Assembly (NCBI GenBank): GCA_963702425.1
Contig: CAVPCQ010000037.1
Location: 256,001 to 320,000 of the forward strand
Length of the DNA: 64,000 bases
DNA from: an uncultured Acidobacteriota bacterium
GTDB lineage: Bacteria; Acidobacteriota; Polarisedimenticolia; J045
Direction: 5' to 3'
A program made the position numbers and the translations under genes. Shown one piece after another: positions 31,811 through 40,707 of the stretch. Under the pieces are notes generated by a model. The model searched no databases and was not told the origin of the DNA. It worked only from the letters and a program-made list of their open reading frames with translations. How positions within the stretch are numbered: position 1 is the first letter of the stretch; each line of letters begins with the position of its first letter.

Positions 31811-32881
31811 GTGGCCGAGAAGATGCAGGACGAGCCGGCGCAGCAGCCGATGACCTATCGCGACGCAGGGGTCGACATCGATGCCCAGGACCGTGCGCTG
31901 GCGATGATCAAGGGGCACCTCGCGGCGACGCGAACGCCGGGCGTGCTGTCCGACCTCGGCAGCTTCGGCGGCCTGTTCCGGGTGCCGGCCGACGTGCCCG
32001 AGCCGGTGCTGGTCGCCAGCACCGACGGCGTCGGAACCAAGCTGATGGTGGCCTGGAAGGCGAATCGGCACGACACCGTCGGCGAGGACCTCGTCAATCA
32101 CTGCGTCAACGACATCCTGGTGATGGGGGCGCGGCCGCTCTTCTTCCTCGACTACCTCGCCACCGGGAGGCTCGACCCCGCGGTCGCGGAGCGGCTGGTC
32201 GCCGGCGTCGCGCGCGGCTGCCGCGCCAACGGCTGCGCGCTGATCGGCGGCGAGACCGCCGAGATGCCCGAGATGTACGGGGAGGGGGAGTACGACCTCG
32301 CCGGGACGATCGTCGGGATCGTCGCGCGCGGGGCGATCCTCGACGGATCGCGCGTGCGGGTCGGAGACCGGGCCTACGGGCTGGCGTCGAGCGGCCTGCA
32401 CACGAACGGCTACTCGCTGGCGCGCCGGATCGTCTTCGGCGTCCTGGGTCTCGGGCCCGGGGACGAGATTCCGGGGACCGGGGCGAGCGCCGCCGACGCA
32501 ATGCTCGCGGTCCACCGGAGCTACCTCGCCGTGCTGGACGAGCCGCTGCAGAAGGGGCTGATCCGCGCGCTTGCACACATCACCGGCGGAGGGCTGACCG
32601 ACAACGTGCCGCGCGTGCTGCCGGAAGGAACGGCGCTCGAGGTGCGGCTCGGCTCCTGGCCGATCCCGCCGCTCTTCGCCGTTCTCCGCGAAGCCGGCCG
32701 GGTCCCGCCCGACGACATGCTGCGGACCTTCAACATGGGGGTCGGAATGGTTGCGTTGGTCGCTCCGGCCGATGCGGCGGCGTTCGAAGCGCACCTCGCG
32801 CAGTTCGGCGAGCCGGCGCGCGTGATCGGCGAGGTGATTCCGGGAGCTCGCCGAGTGGTCTACGAGGGGGACCTGCCATGA
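31811..32881 (+). CDS. purM: Phosphoribosylformylglycinamidine cyclo-ligase
   Basis: YRDAGVDI, TDGVGTK, GGETAEMP, SSGLHTNGYSL, HITGGG, TFNMGVG. Confidence 0.97.
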   Translation: MAEKMQDEPAQQPMTYRDAGVDIDAQDRALAMIKGHLAATRTPGVLSDLGSFGGLFRVPADVPEPVLVASTDGVGTKLMVAWKANRHDTVGEDLVNHCVNDILVMGARPLFFLDYLATGRLDPAVAERLVAGVARGCRANGCALIGGETAEMPEMYGEGEYDLAGTIVGIVARGAILDGSRVRVGDRAYGLASSGLHTNGYSLARRIVFGVLGLGPGDEIPGTGASAADAMLAVHRSYLAVLDEPLQKGLIRALAHITGGGLTDNVPRVLPEGTALEVRLGSWPIPPLFAVLREAGRVPPDDMLRTFNMGVGMVALVAPADAAAFEAHLAQFGEPARVIGEVIPGARRVVYEGDLP

Positions 32882-33552
32882 AGCGCGTCGGGATCCTGAT
32901 CTCCGGACGCGGCTCGAACATGGTCGCGCTGCTCGAGGGGATGCGGGCGGGGGAGATTCCCGCCGAGGCCGCGCTGGTGGTCTCGAACGATCCCGCGGCG
33001 GGGGGCCTGGCCAAGGCCCGCGCCTACGGCGTCGCGACCGCGGTCGTGCCGCAGGCGGAGTACAAGGGAAAGGGGCGCCAGGCCCACGACGAGGCGGTGG
33101 CGGCCGAGCTGGACCGCCACGGGGTCGAGATCGTCTGTCTCGCCGGCTACATGCGGATCCTCTCGCCCTGGTTCGTCGCGCGCTACGCCGGGCGCTTGCT
33201 CAACATCCACCCCGCCCTGTTGCCGGCCTTCCCGGGGTTGCACGGAGCGAAGCAGGCGCTCGACCACGGCGCGCGCGTCGCCGGCTGCACGGTCCACTTC
33301 GTGGACGCGGAGGTCGACCACGGGCCGACCGTCGCCCAGGCCGCCGTGCCGGTGCAGCCGGGGGACACGGAAGAAACGCTGGCCGCGCGGATCCTCGAGC
33401 AGGAGCACCGGATCTACCCGCTCGCGCTGCGGCTGCTCGCCGAGGGGCGACTGTCGATCGAAGGGCGGCGCGTCGTCGTGGCCGGCGAGGAGCCGGGCTT
33501 CCCGCTGGCGGTGATCAGCCCCGATCCGGGATCGCCGATCCCGTCGTTCTGA
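32878..33552 (+). CDS. purN: Phosphoribosylglycinamide formyltransferase
   Basis: ISGRGSNM, LAGYMRIL, NIHPALLPAFPG, GCTVHFV..VDHGP. Confidence 0.97.
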   Translation: MKRVGILISGRGSNMVALLEGMRAGEIPAEAALVVSNDPAAGGLAKARAYGVATAVVPQAEYKGKGRQAHDEAVAAELDRHGVEIVCLAGYMRILSPWFVARYAGRLLNIHPALLPAFPGLHGAKQALDHGARVAGCTVHFVDAEVDHGPTVAQAAVPVQPGDTEETLAARILEQEHRIYPLALRLLAEGRLSIEGRRVVVAGEEPGFPLAVISPDPGSPIPSF

Positions 33553-33556
33553 TCCG

Positions 33557-34732
33557 ATGGACGTCGACCTCAAGCGGCGCGCCTGGCGGGCGATCGTCCT
33601 GTTCGGCATCGTCAGCCTGTTCGCCGACATCACCTACGAGGGGGCACGCAGCATCAGCGGGCCGTTCCTCGAGAGCCTCGGCGCGAGCGCCGCGATCGTC
33701 GGCATCGTGGCCGGGGCGGGGGAGCTGGTGGCCTACGGGCTACGGCTCGTGTCGGGCCTGCTCGCCGACAGCTCGCGGCGCTACTGGACGCTGACCTTCC
33801 TCGGTTACGCGATCAACCTGCTCGCGGTCCCGCTGCTGGCGCTCGCGGGGTCGTGGCCGGCGGCGGCAGCGCTGCTGCTCGTCGAGCGCTTCGGGAAGGC
33901 GCTGCGCAACCCGTCACGCGACGCGATCATGGCCGGGGCGGCGCTCACGGTCGGGAGCGGGCGCGGTTTCGGCCTGCACGAGGCGCTCGACCAGATCGGG
34001 GCGGTCACCGGACCGCTCGTCGTCACCCTGGCGATGGCGCTCGGCGGCGGCTACCGGACGGGCTTCGCCGTGCTGCTCGTCCCCGCCCTGCTCGCCCTGT
34101 CGACCCTTTCGCTGGCGCGCCTCGAAACGAGCGGATTCGTCCCGAGTTCGAAGGTACCGCACGACGCCGCCCGCGATCCGCTGCCGCGGGCCTATTGGTT
34201 CTACCTCGCCGCGGCGGCGCTGCTCGCGGCCGGGCTCGCTGACTTCCCGCTCGTCGCGTTCCGCCTGGCCGATGCCAAGGTCGCGGAAGGGGCTCTGATC
34301 CCGATCCTCTACGCCGGCGCGATGGCGGCCGACGCGTTCTCGGCGCTGGCTTTCGGCTGGCTCTTCGACCGCTTCGGCTTCGTGGTGCTCGCGCTGGCCG
34401 CGCTGCTCGCCGTGCCGGCGACGGCGCTGGCCTTTCTCGGCGGGCTGCCCGCGGTGGTGGCGGGGGTGCTGCTCTGGGGCGCCGCGCTCGGGGCGCACGA
34501 ATCGGTCGTGCGGGCCGGCGTCGCGCAGCTCGCTCCCGCGGGGCGGCGCGGCACGGCGTTCGGGCTGTTCTACGCCGCGTACGGCGGCGGGTGGTTCGTC
34601 GGGAGTGCCGCGATGGGGCTGGCCTACGAGGTCTCGCCACGGCTGCTGGTCGCACTCTCGGCGGCCTGCTCGCTGGCGGCGCTCGTGCCGATCCTGGCGC
34701 TGCGAATGCGCCGCTTCGCCGGACCGGCCTAG
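33557..34732 (+). CDS. MFS transporter
   Basis: About 12 TM segments; SLFADITYEG, ERFGKALRNP.RD, HEALDQIGA. Confidence 0.88.
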   Translation: MDVDLKRRAWRAIVLFGIVSLFADITYEGARSISGPFLESLGASAAIVGIVAGAGELVAYGLRLVSGLLADSSRRYWTLTFLGYAINLLAVPLLALAGSWPAAAALLLVERFGKALRNPSRDAIMAGAALTVGSGRGFGLHEALDQIGAVTGPLVVTLAMALGGGYRTGFAVLLVPALLALSTLSLARLETSGFVPSSKVPHDAARDPLPRAYWFYLAAAALLAAGLADFPLVAFRLADAKVAEGALIPILYAGAMAADAFSALAFGWLFDRFGFVVLALAALLAVPATALAFLGGLPAVVAGVLLWGAALGAHESVVRAGVAQLAPAGRRGTAFGLFYAAYGGGWFVGSAAMGLAYEVSPRLLVALSAACSLAALVPILALRMRRFAGPA

Positions 34733-35241
34733 CCGGGCGGTTCCGCCAGTTCGCGGAGTCCTGCATCGAGCAGCACGGGGTCGCCCTGCAGCCAGTAGAC
34801 CCGCGTGCCCGCCGCCCAGAGGGCGTGGTGGCCGCCCGGGCCGCTGGTCAGCCAGGTTCCCGGCCGGCCCGGCAGCTCGACGGGCGGCGAGAACGGGGAC
34901 GTTCCCGCTGCGAGGCGTTCCAGCATCGCGCGAAAGGCGCCGATCGCGAGGCCGGCATCGGCGAAGCGGGAAGCGAACAGGATCAGCCGCCCGTCGGCAT
35001 AGCCCGCGACCGCGGACTCCAGCGGGGCGACCTCGCGGCCGTGCAGGTGCGCGATCGCGCGGCGCGCTGCGTCGCCCTCGTCGAGGCCGGTCCGCGGCAG
35101 GCCCGCGAGCTGCGGCGGGGTCAGGGCCGGGGGCGCCGCCTGACATCCGAGCGCAGCGACGAGGGCGAAGGCCGCGAAGAGGGGAGCGCAGGCCGGTCGC
35201 CCGCCCCGGTTCCACCGCATCCGCCTTGCGGGACGGCACAT
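34729..35241 (-). CDS. Hypothetical lipoprotein
   Basis: GAGGAG RBS before ATG 35241; hydrophobic stretch ending AALGC. Confidence 0.6.
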   Translation of the reverse strand: MCRPARRMRWNRGGRPACAPLFAAFALVAALGCQAAPPALTPPQLAGLPRTGLDEGDAARRAIAHLHGREVAPLESAVAGYADGRLILFASRFADAGLAIGAFRAMLERLAAGTSPFSPPVELPGRPGTWLTSGPGGHHALWAAGTRVYWLQGDPVLLDAGLRELAEPPG

Positions 35242-35447
35242 CGCTCCTCGCTCCCTCGTCGACGGATCACGAGGTACCGGCCGCACCGGTCAAGGCGCGT
35301 GCGCAGCTCGCGGCGCGCGCACGCGCCGCCGCCCCGTCCAACGCCCCGTCCGCCGGCGGACGACCGTCCGGCATCGCCGTCCGCCGCCGGTCACTCGCGG
35401 GCCGCAGTCTACCGGGAGCGGGGCCTCCCGGCGGCACGCCGCTTGCC

Positions 35448-36194
35448 ATGTCGGGGCGGGAGGAGCGCTTGGCGGACCGCGACGGGTGCGTGGAGGATCG
35501 CGACGCCCCGGGGGCGGTGCGCGAACGGCTGGTCCGCCAGGGGCCTGGCGCGCTGCGTGACGAGGAACTCGTCGCGCTGCTGCTGGCCGGGAGTCGCGCC
35601 CCCGCGGCCGGGGATGTCGCGCGTGCGGCGGGGTGCCTGGCCGCTGCCGGTGGGCTGGTCGCGCTCGCGGAGCTGCTGCGGCGGCCGGCCGGGGCGGCGC
35701 GGGCCGCGCTACCGTTGCGCCGCGCCGCACGCGTCCGGCTGCTCGCCTCCTTCGAACTGGGACGCCGCGCTGCCCCCGCGCCGGCCGCGCTCGCGCCGGC
35801 CATCCGGCGCCCGGAAGAGGCCGCGCGCGAAACGCGCGACCTGGTCAGCGAGCGGCGTGAACACCTCGTGGGGCTCTACCTCGACGCCCAGTCGCGCCTG
35901 ATCGCTCGCGAGACGGTCGCGGTCGGCTCGCTGAACGTGGCCCGCGCGCTGCCGCGCGATCTGCTCGAGCCGGCACTGCGCCATGGTGCGACCGGCTTCG
36001 TCGTCGTCCACAACCACCCGTCCGGCGTGGCCGAGCCGTCCGAGGACGACATCCGCTTCACCCAGGCGGTCGGCCGGGGGGCCGCGCTGCTGGGGCTCGC
36101 ACTGCTCGATCACGTCGTCGTCGCTCGCGCCGGGTTCGCCTCGCTCCGCGCGCGGGGCGCTCGCTGGGAGGGGCTCGACCCGCCTGGCGGGTGA
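35448..36194 (+). CDS. radC: RadC/JAB domain protein
   Basis: RERL...G..AL.DEELVALLL; HNHPSG.AEPSEDD; LLDHVV. Confidence 0.9.
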   Translation: MSGREERLADRDGCVEDRDAPGAVRERLVRQGPGALRDEELVALLLAGSRAPAAGDVARAAGCLAAAGGLVALAELLRRPAGAARAALPLRRAARVRLLASFELGRRAAPAPAALAPAIRRPEEAARETRDLVSERREHLVGLYLDAQSRLIARETVAVGSLNVARALPRDLLEPALRHGATGFVVVHNHPSGVAEPSEDDIRFTQAVGRGAALLGLALLDHVVVARAGFASLRARGARWEGLDPPGG

Positions 36195-36263
36195 GTGCCG
36201 GGGGCGGGGCGGCACCCGGGCCAGCCTCGGTTAGAGTAGTCCGCTCGCGGCGGAGACCCCCTG

Positions 36264-38057
36264 ATGCGGACGGCGAAGGCAGCGCTCGTGTTCGCGGCCG
36301 CCATTCTGGCGTCCTCCGCGGCCCACGCCGCGGACGGGCACGCCGGTACCCCTGGCCTGGTCGAGGCGATCGGCCTCGCGATCGTCGCCGCCGCCGCGCT
36401 GGCGATCGTGTTCCACCGGCTGAAGCAGCCGGCGCTGCTCGCGTTCATTGCCGCCGGGCTGGCCCTCGGCCTGTTCGCGGACGAATTCGCGGGCGCCATC
36501 CCGGCGATGAGTCAGGTCTCGCACCTCGGCCTCGTGTTCCTGCTGTTCATCATCGGGATCGAGATGGACATCTCCGGGATCCTGCGGCTCGGCCCGCGGG
36601 CGGCGGTCGCGATCCTGCTGCAGGCGCCGGTCTCGATCGCCGCCGTGCTCGGGCTCCAGGCGCTGGCGCACCGCCTCGGGGTCCGGATCCCGGGTCTCGG
36701 CGACGCCCCGGAGACCTGGATCTACTTCGCGGTCGCGGCTTCCCTCGGGTCGACCGCCGTCGTCGTCAAGCTGCTCGCCGACAAGTTCGACCTCTCCACC
36801 CAGGCCGGGCGGGTGACGGTGCTGACGCTGATCGGCCAGGACGTCTGGGCGGTCCTGGCGCTGTCGTGGGTGTCCGCGCAACGCGACGGGACGTTGGGAC
36901 AGGGCGGGGTCGCGACCCTGCTCGGCGGCGCGGTGCTGCTGGGCGTCGGCTGCTTCGCGCTCAGCCACTTCGTCCTCTCGCGCCTGCTCGCGCGCCTGGC
37001 CTCCGCGCCCGAGTTGACGGCGGTCGTCGCCCTGGGCTGGTGCTTCCTCTGGGCCGGCGCGTTCCGGCGCGTCGGCCTCTCGCCCGAGATGGGCGCGCTG
37101 GTCGCCGGGCTCACCATCGGGCGACTCCCGCAGCGGACCGAGATCCAGGCCAAGGTATCGAGCCTCAGGGACTTCTTCATGGCGCTCTTCTTCGTCGCGC
37201 TGGGGATGAGCCTGCCCGCGCCGAGCGGCAGCGTGCTGCTCTCGGCCGCCGCGCTGGTCGCGATCGTCGTGGTGTCGCGCTTCGTGCTCTTCGCCCCCAC
37301 GCTGCTGGCCGCGGGGCTGGGCCCGATCGTCTCGTTCGCGGCCCCGGTCAACATCGCGCAGATCAGCGAATTCTCGTTGCTCATGGTGCCGATCGGGGTG
37401 GCCCAGGGCGTGCTCGGCAGCAACGACGCCTCGGTCGTGTCGTATGCGCTGATGCTCTCGGTCGTGCTGACGACCTACGCGATCCCGGCGAACTACCGGA
37501 TCGCCGCCGCGCTGGGACGGCTTGCCGGCGCCGCGCCGGCCGCTACCGGCGGTTCGGCCATGGGTTCACCGGGCGGCGCCCCCGGCGACGGCGCGGCGGG
37601 CGGGCACGTCGCTCCCGAGATCGTCTTTCTCGGCTACTTCCAGAACGCGGAGGCGCTGGCCCGCTCGCTGGCGCGCGAAGCTCCCGAACTCCTCCCGCGG
37701 ATCCTCGTGATCGACTACAACCTCCGCAACCACGACCGCGTCCGCCGGCTGGGGATGCGGGTCGCCTACGGCGACGTCGCCAACCCGGAGTCGCTCCGGC
37801 ACCACGGCGTCGGCGAGGCCCGGGTCGTGGTCTCGACGATCGCCGACGTGTTCCTGCGGGGGATCACCAACGCCGCGCTCCTGGAACAGGCCCGCGCGAT
37901 CAACCCCCGGGCGCGGTTCGTGGCCACCGCCTCGAGCGACGAGGAGGCCAGGGACCTGGTCGCGCGCGGCGCCTACGCCTGCATCACGCCCCCGTCCGAG
38001 GCGGCGGACGCCTACGTCCGAGCGATCTGCGACGCGTTCCGGGAGCCGGGCCCGTAG
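36264..38057 (+). CDS. CPA2 cation:proton antiporter (Kef-like) with TrkA-N domain
   Basis: GLVFLLFIIGIE, LRDFFMALFFV, QISEFSL, IDYN..YGDVAN. Confidence 0.88.
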   Translation: MRTAKAALVFAAAILASSAAHAADGHAGTPGLVEAIGLAIVAAAALAIVFHRLKQPALLAFIAAGLALGLFADEFAGAIPAMSQVSHLGLVFLLFIIGIEMDISGILRLGPRAAVAILLQAPVSIAAVLGLQALAHRLGVRIPGLGDAPETWIYFAVAASLGSTAVVVKLLADKFDLSTQAGRVTVLTLIGQDVWAVLALSWVSAQRDGTLGQGGVATLLGGAVLLGVGCFALSHFVLSRLLARLASAPELTAVVALGWCFLWAGAFRRVGLSPEMGALVAGLTIGRLPQRTEIQAKVSSLRDFFMALFFVALGMSLPAPSGSVLLSAAALVAIVVVSRFVLFAPTLLAAGLGPIVSFAAPVNIAQISEFSLLMVPIGVAQGVLGSNDASVVSYALMLSVVLTTYAIPANYRIAAALGRLAGAAPAATGGSAMGSPGGAPGDGAAGGHVAPEIVFLGYFQNAEALARSLAREAPELLPRILVIDYNLRNHDRVRRLGMRVAYGDVANPESLRHHGVGEARVVVSTIADVFLRGITNAALLEQARAINPRARFVATASSDEEARDLVARGAYACITPPSEAADAYVRAICDAFREPGP

Positions 38058-38068
38058 CCGCCGCCCGG

Positions 38069-38854
38069 TCAGCCGAGCAGCCTCAGCGCCTCCTGCGCCT
38101 CGCGGCGGACGATGTAGGCGAGATCCCATTCGTACTGCTCGCCGTGCCCCAGCATCGCGTGAGCCGCCTGCCGGGTGGACTCGACCTGGGCGGGCGAGAG
38201 GTAGCCGGCGGCCCCCATCTTGCCGAGGCTGCGGATCGTCTTGGCGCGCACGACCGGCTGCGCGTCGGACAGGCAGCGGGCGAGGGCATCGAACAGCTCC
38301 GTCCGGCGACGCTCGGAGAGCAGCGAGGCCGGCACCACCTCGACGATCCGGCCGAGCGTCCGCGCGGCGCTGTCGCGGACCTCGCGGTCGGGGTGCATCA
38401 GGCAGCCGGCCACCTCCGGCAGCGCGGCGTTGACTTCGGGGTCCCGGATCTTCCCCAGCGCGAACAGCCCGAAGCTGCGGCAGTACGGGTCGTCCTCCGT
38501 GGCGACGAACTTCCGGAGCGGCTCGATCGCCGGCGTTCCGATCCGGCCGAGCGCGCGCGCGAGGTGGAAGTGGCTCTTGATGTCGCTTCCTTTCATGAAG
38601 CCGAGCAGCTGCGGGATCACCCGCGGTCCGCAGTGCACGAGCGTCGTCTCGGCCCGCGCGAGCAGCGGCTCCAGGTCCGGACGGTCGAAGGTGTCGACGA
38701 AGAACAGCCCGCAGAGCGCTTCCACGGACGCCCGGAAGGCAGCGTCCGGCAGCCCCACGAGGTGCCGGCCGAGCCATTCGACGGCGCGCCCGAGCCGCGC
38801 CGGGTCGGTGCTCGCCAGGTCCTCGAGGGCCGCCTCCACCTTCGTCTCGTTCAT
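38069..38854 (-). CDS. HEAT-repeat protein
   Basis: Repeated ALGRIG / ALGKIRD / VRDSAARTLG / VVRAKTIRSLG units. Confidence 0.78.
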   Translation of the reverse strand: MNETKVEAALEDLASTDPARLGRAVEWLGRHLVGLPDAAFRASVEALCGLFFVDTFDRPDLEPLLARAETTLVHCGPRVIPQLLGFMKGSDIKSHFHLARALGRIGTPAIEPLRKFVATEDDPYCRSFGLFALGKIRDPEVNAALPEVAGCLMHPDREVRDSAARTLGRIVEVVPASLLSERRRTELFDALARCLSDAQPVVRAKTIRSLGKMGAAGYLSPAQVESTRQAAHAMLGHGEQYEWDLAYIVRREAQEALRLLG

Positions 38855-38894
38855 CGTGCCTCCCTGACCGGCGCCGCTGCGCGCCGCGGCCCGC

Positions 38895-40625
38895 TCAGTC
38901 GCTGCGTCGCGCCAGCCGCGGCGCGACGATCAAGGCTCCCCCGAAGAGCGCGAACGAGAGGACGAGCGCCGCCGGGCTTCCGGCGCGCAGGTCCTCGAAC
39001 AGCAGCTTCAGCGCCCCCGCGACGAGCAGCGGGTAGACCAGCCACGTCGCCTCGCGCAGCCGCCCGACGCGGCCGAGCAGCGGCAGGACGATCGCCGAGA
39101 TCGACAGGAGGGCCGTCCGCAGGACCGCGAGAGCCGGCGCCGAGACCTGCCCGTCCGCACCCCGCGGCAGCCCGCGCATCGCCAGCGCCACCGCGACCTC
39201 GTCGAGGCCGAGCAGCAGTACGACCATGCCGACCACCTTCGCGCCGCGCGCGAGCGAGCCCCAGGTCCGCCCGTGCGAGGCCACGGGGAGCCAGCAGAAG
39301 ACCGCGGCGGCGGCCAGGACCACCGGCATCGCGGGGGGGATCGTCGAGGGGTCCGGCCCCCCCGGCCGGAGCATCGCAGCCCACGCCAGGCCTCCGACCC
39401 CGACTGCCGCGGCGGCGCCGACGAGGTAGATCGCCGCGTGCAGGCTCAGCGTCTCCCGCTCACGCCGGCTGCCGATCCAGGCGGTCGCCAGCGTCGCGCC
39501 GGCCAGCGCGATCGCCAGCGCCGAGCCGTGCCAGAGCGAGTACGCGCCGAGCAGCGTGAGGGCGAGGGCCGCGGTGCTGTAGAAGACGAAGCTGAGCCGG
39601 CGTCCCTCGATCCGGTCGATGAAGGTGAACGACGCGCCGTACGCGGCGGCCGCGAGGAGGAGCCCGACGAGACCGGTGAGCAGCGCGGCCGTACCGGCGC
39701 GGTGGGAGACGGCGAGCGCCCCGCCGAACCCGACCAGGCAGGCCGCGGCACCCTGCGCGATCTCGGCCGGGAGGACCGCCCGGCCGGTGCGCCACGTCCG
39801 CGCGATGAAACCGGCGAAGGAGACCGTCACCAGCGCCAGGAGCAGGGCGACGAGGGTCGCCGGTTCGACGAGCTGCGCCGCCTGCTCGGACGGGGCGACG
39901 AGCGCCACCGCCGTCATCAGCAACAGGAGTCCGTCGAGCAGCGCGACGACCGTCCAGCCCGGGCCCTTCCAAGGGCGCCGCCACCCGGCGCCGAACGCGG
40001 CCAGCGCGAGCAGGAACAGCACGACCGCGAACAGCGTGACGGCCCGGGTCGTCACCGCGAGGGTCAGCGCCGTGGCCGCGGTCCCGAGCGTGACGATCCA
40101 CGCCAGGTCCGCGCGGTCGCGCCGGTGCGCGACCGCGAGCCCGAGTGCGCCGACCGCAAGCAGCGCCGCCGCACTCGCCGCAGGGGTGAGGATCTGGAAC
40201 TTGATGGTCGCCTCGACCAGCAGCGGGAAGATGATGACCGCCGCGGTGAGGCCGTGGAAGGTCGCGCCGAGCGCCGCGCCGGAGCCGGCCGCGCGGTCGG
40301 CGAAGATCAGCCACGCGGCGCCGTACGCGACGCCGAGCGCCGCGCCCAGCGGCTGGGGCAGGCCGCCGGACTCGGTCAGTGAACGCAGCACGAACGCGCC
40401 GGCGAGGATCAGGAGCGATCGTCCGGCCAGGGCGAGCGCGCTTCCGGCGAGCCCGGTGGCCGCCGGTTCGACCGGCGCATCGGGAAGGGCCTCGACCGGT
40501 GACGACGTTTCCGAAGGCGCCGCCGGGCCGAGCCCCTCGAGCGATGCGAGGCGTCGCTCGAGCGCGTCGAGGCGCGACGACAGCCCTTCGAGCCGTGTCT
40601 CGAGGCTGGACGGCTCCCGCTGCAT
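38895..40625 (-). CDS. Polytopic membrane protein (DUF2339-like) with N-terminal coiled coil
   Basis: RLDALERRLASLEG followed by many TM helices; C-terminal KLLFEDL. Confidence 0.65.
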   Translation of the reverse strand: MQREPSSLETRLEGLSSRLDALERRLASLEGLGPAAPSETSSPVEALPDAPVEPAATGLAGSALALAGRSLLILAGAFVLRSLTESGGLPQPLGAALGVAYGAAWLIFADRAAGSGAALGATFHGLTAAVIIFPLLVEATIKFQILTPAASAAALLAVGALGLAVAHRRDRADLAWIVTLGTAATALTLAVTTRAVTLFAVVLFLLALAAFGAGWRRPWKGPGWTVVALLDGLLLLMTAVALVAPSEQAAQLVEPATLVALLLALVTVSFAGFIARTWRTGRAVLPAEIAQGAAACLVGFGGALAVSHRAGTAALLTGLVGLLLAAAAYGASFTFIDRIEGRRLSFVFYSTAALALTLLGAYSLWHGSALAIALAGATLATAWIGSRRERETLSLHAAIYLVGAAAAVGVGGLAWAAMLRPGGPDPSTIPPAMPVVLAAAAVFCWLPVASHGRTWGSLARGAKVVGMVVLLLGLDEVAVALAMRGLPRGADGQVSAPALAVLRTALLSISAIVLPLLGRVGRLREATWLVYPLLVAGALKLLFEDLRAGSPAALVLSFALFGGALIVAPRLARRSD

Positions 40626-40673
40626 CCGGCATCCCTCCGCGCCGCGAGATCATAGCCGATCGCCTCGAGCCGC

Positions 40674-40707
40674 GTGCGGTGCGGTGCAGTGCAGTGCAGT
40701 GCAGTGC
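40674..40707. repeat. Pentanucleotide tandem repeat (GTGCR)6 + GTGC
   Basis: gtgcg gtgcg gtgca gtgca gtgca gtgca gtgc read directly. Confidence 0.9.

Noticed and set aside
35448-36194. radC as a mobile-element or defence marker
   Set aside because: Full-length chromosomal type in housekeeping context; no integrase, att sites or obvious composition shift.
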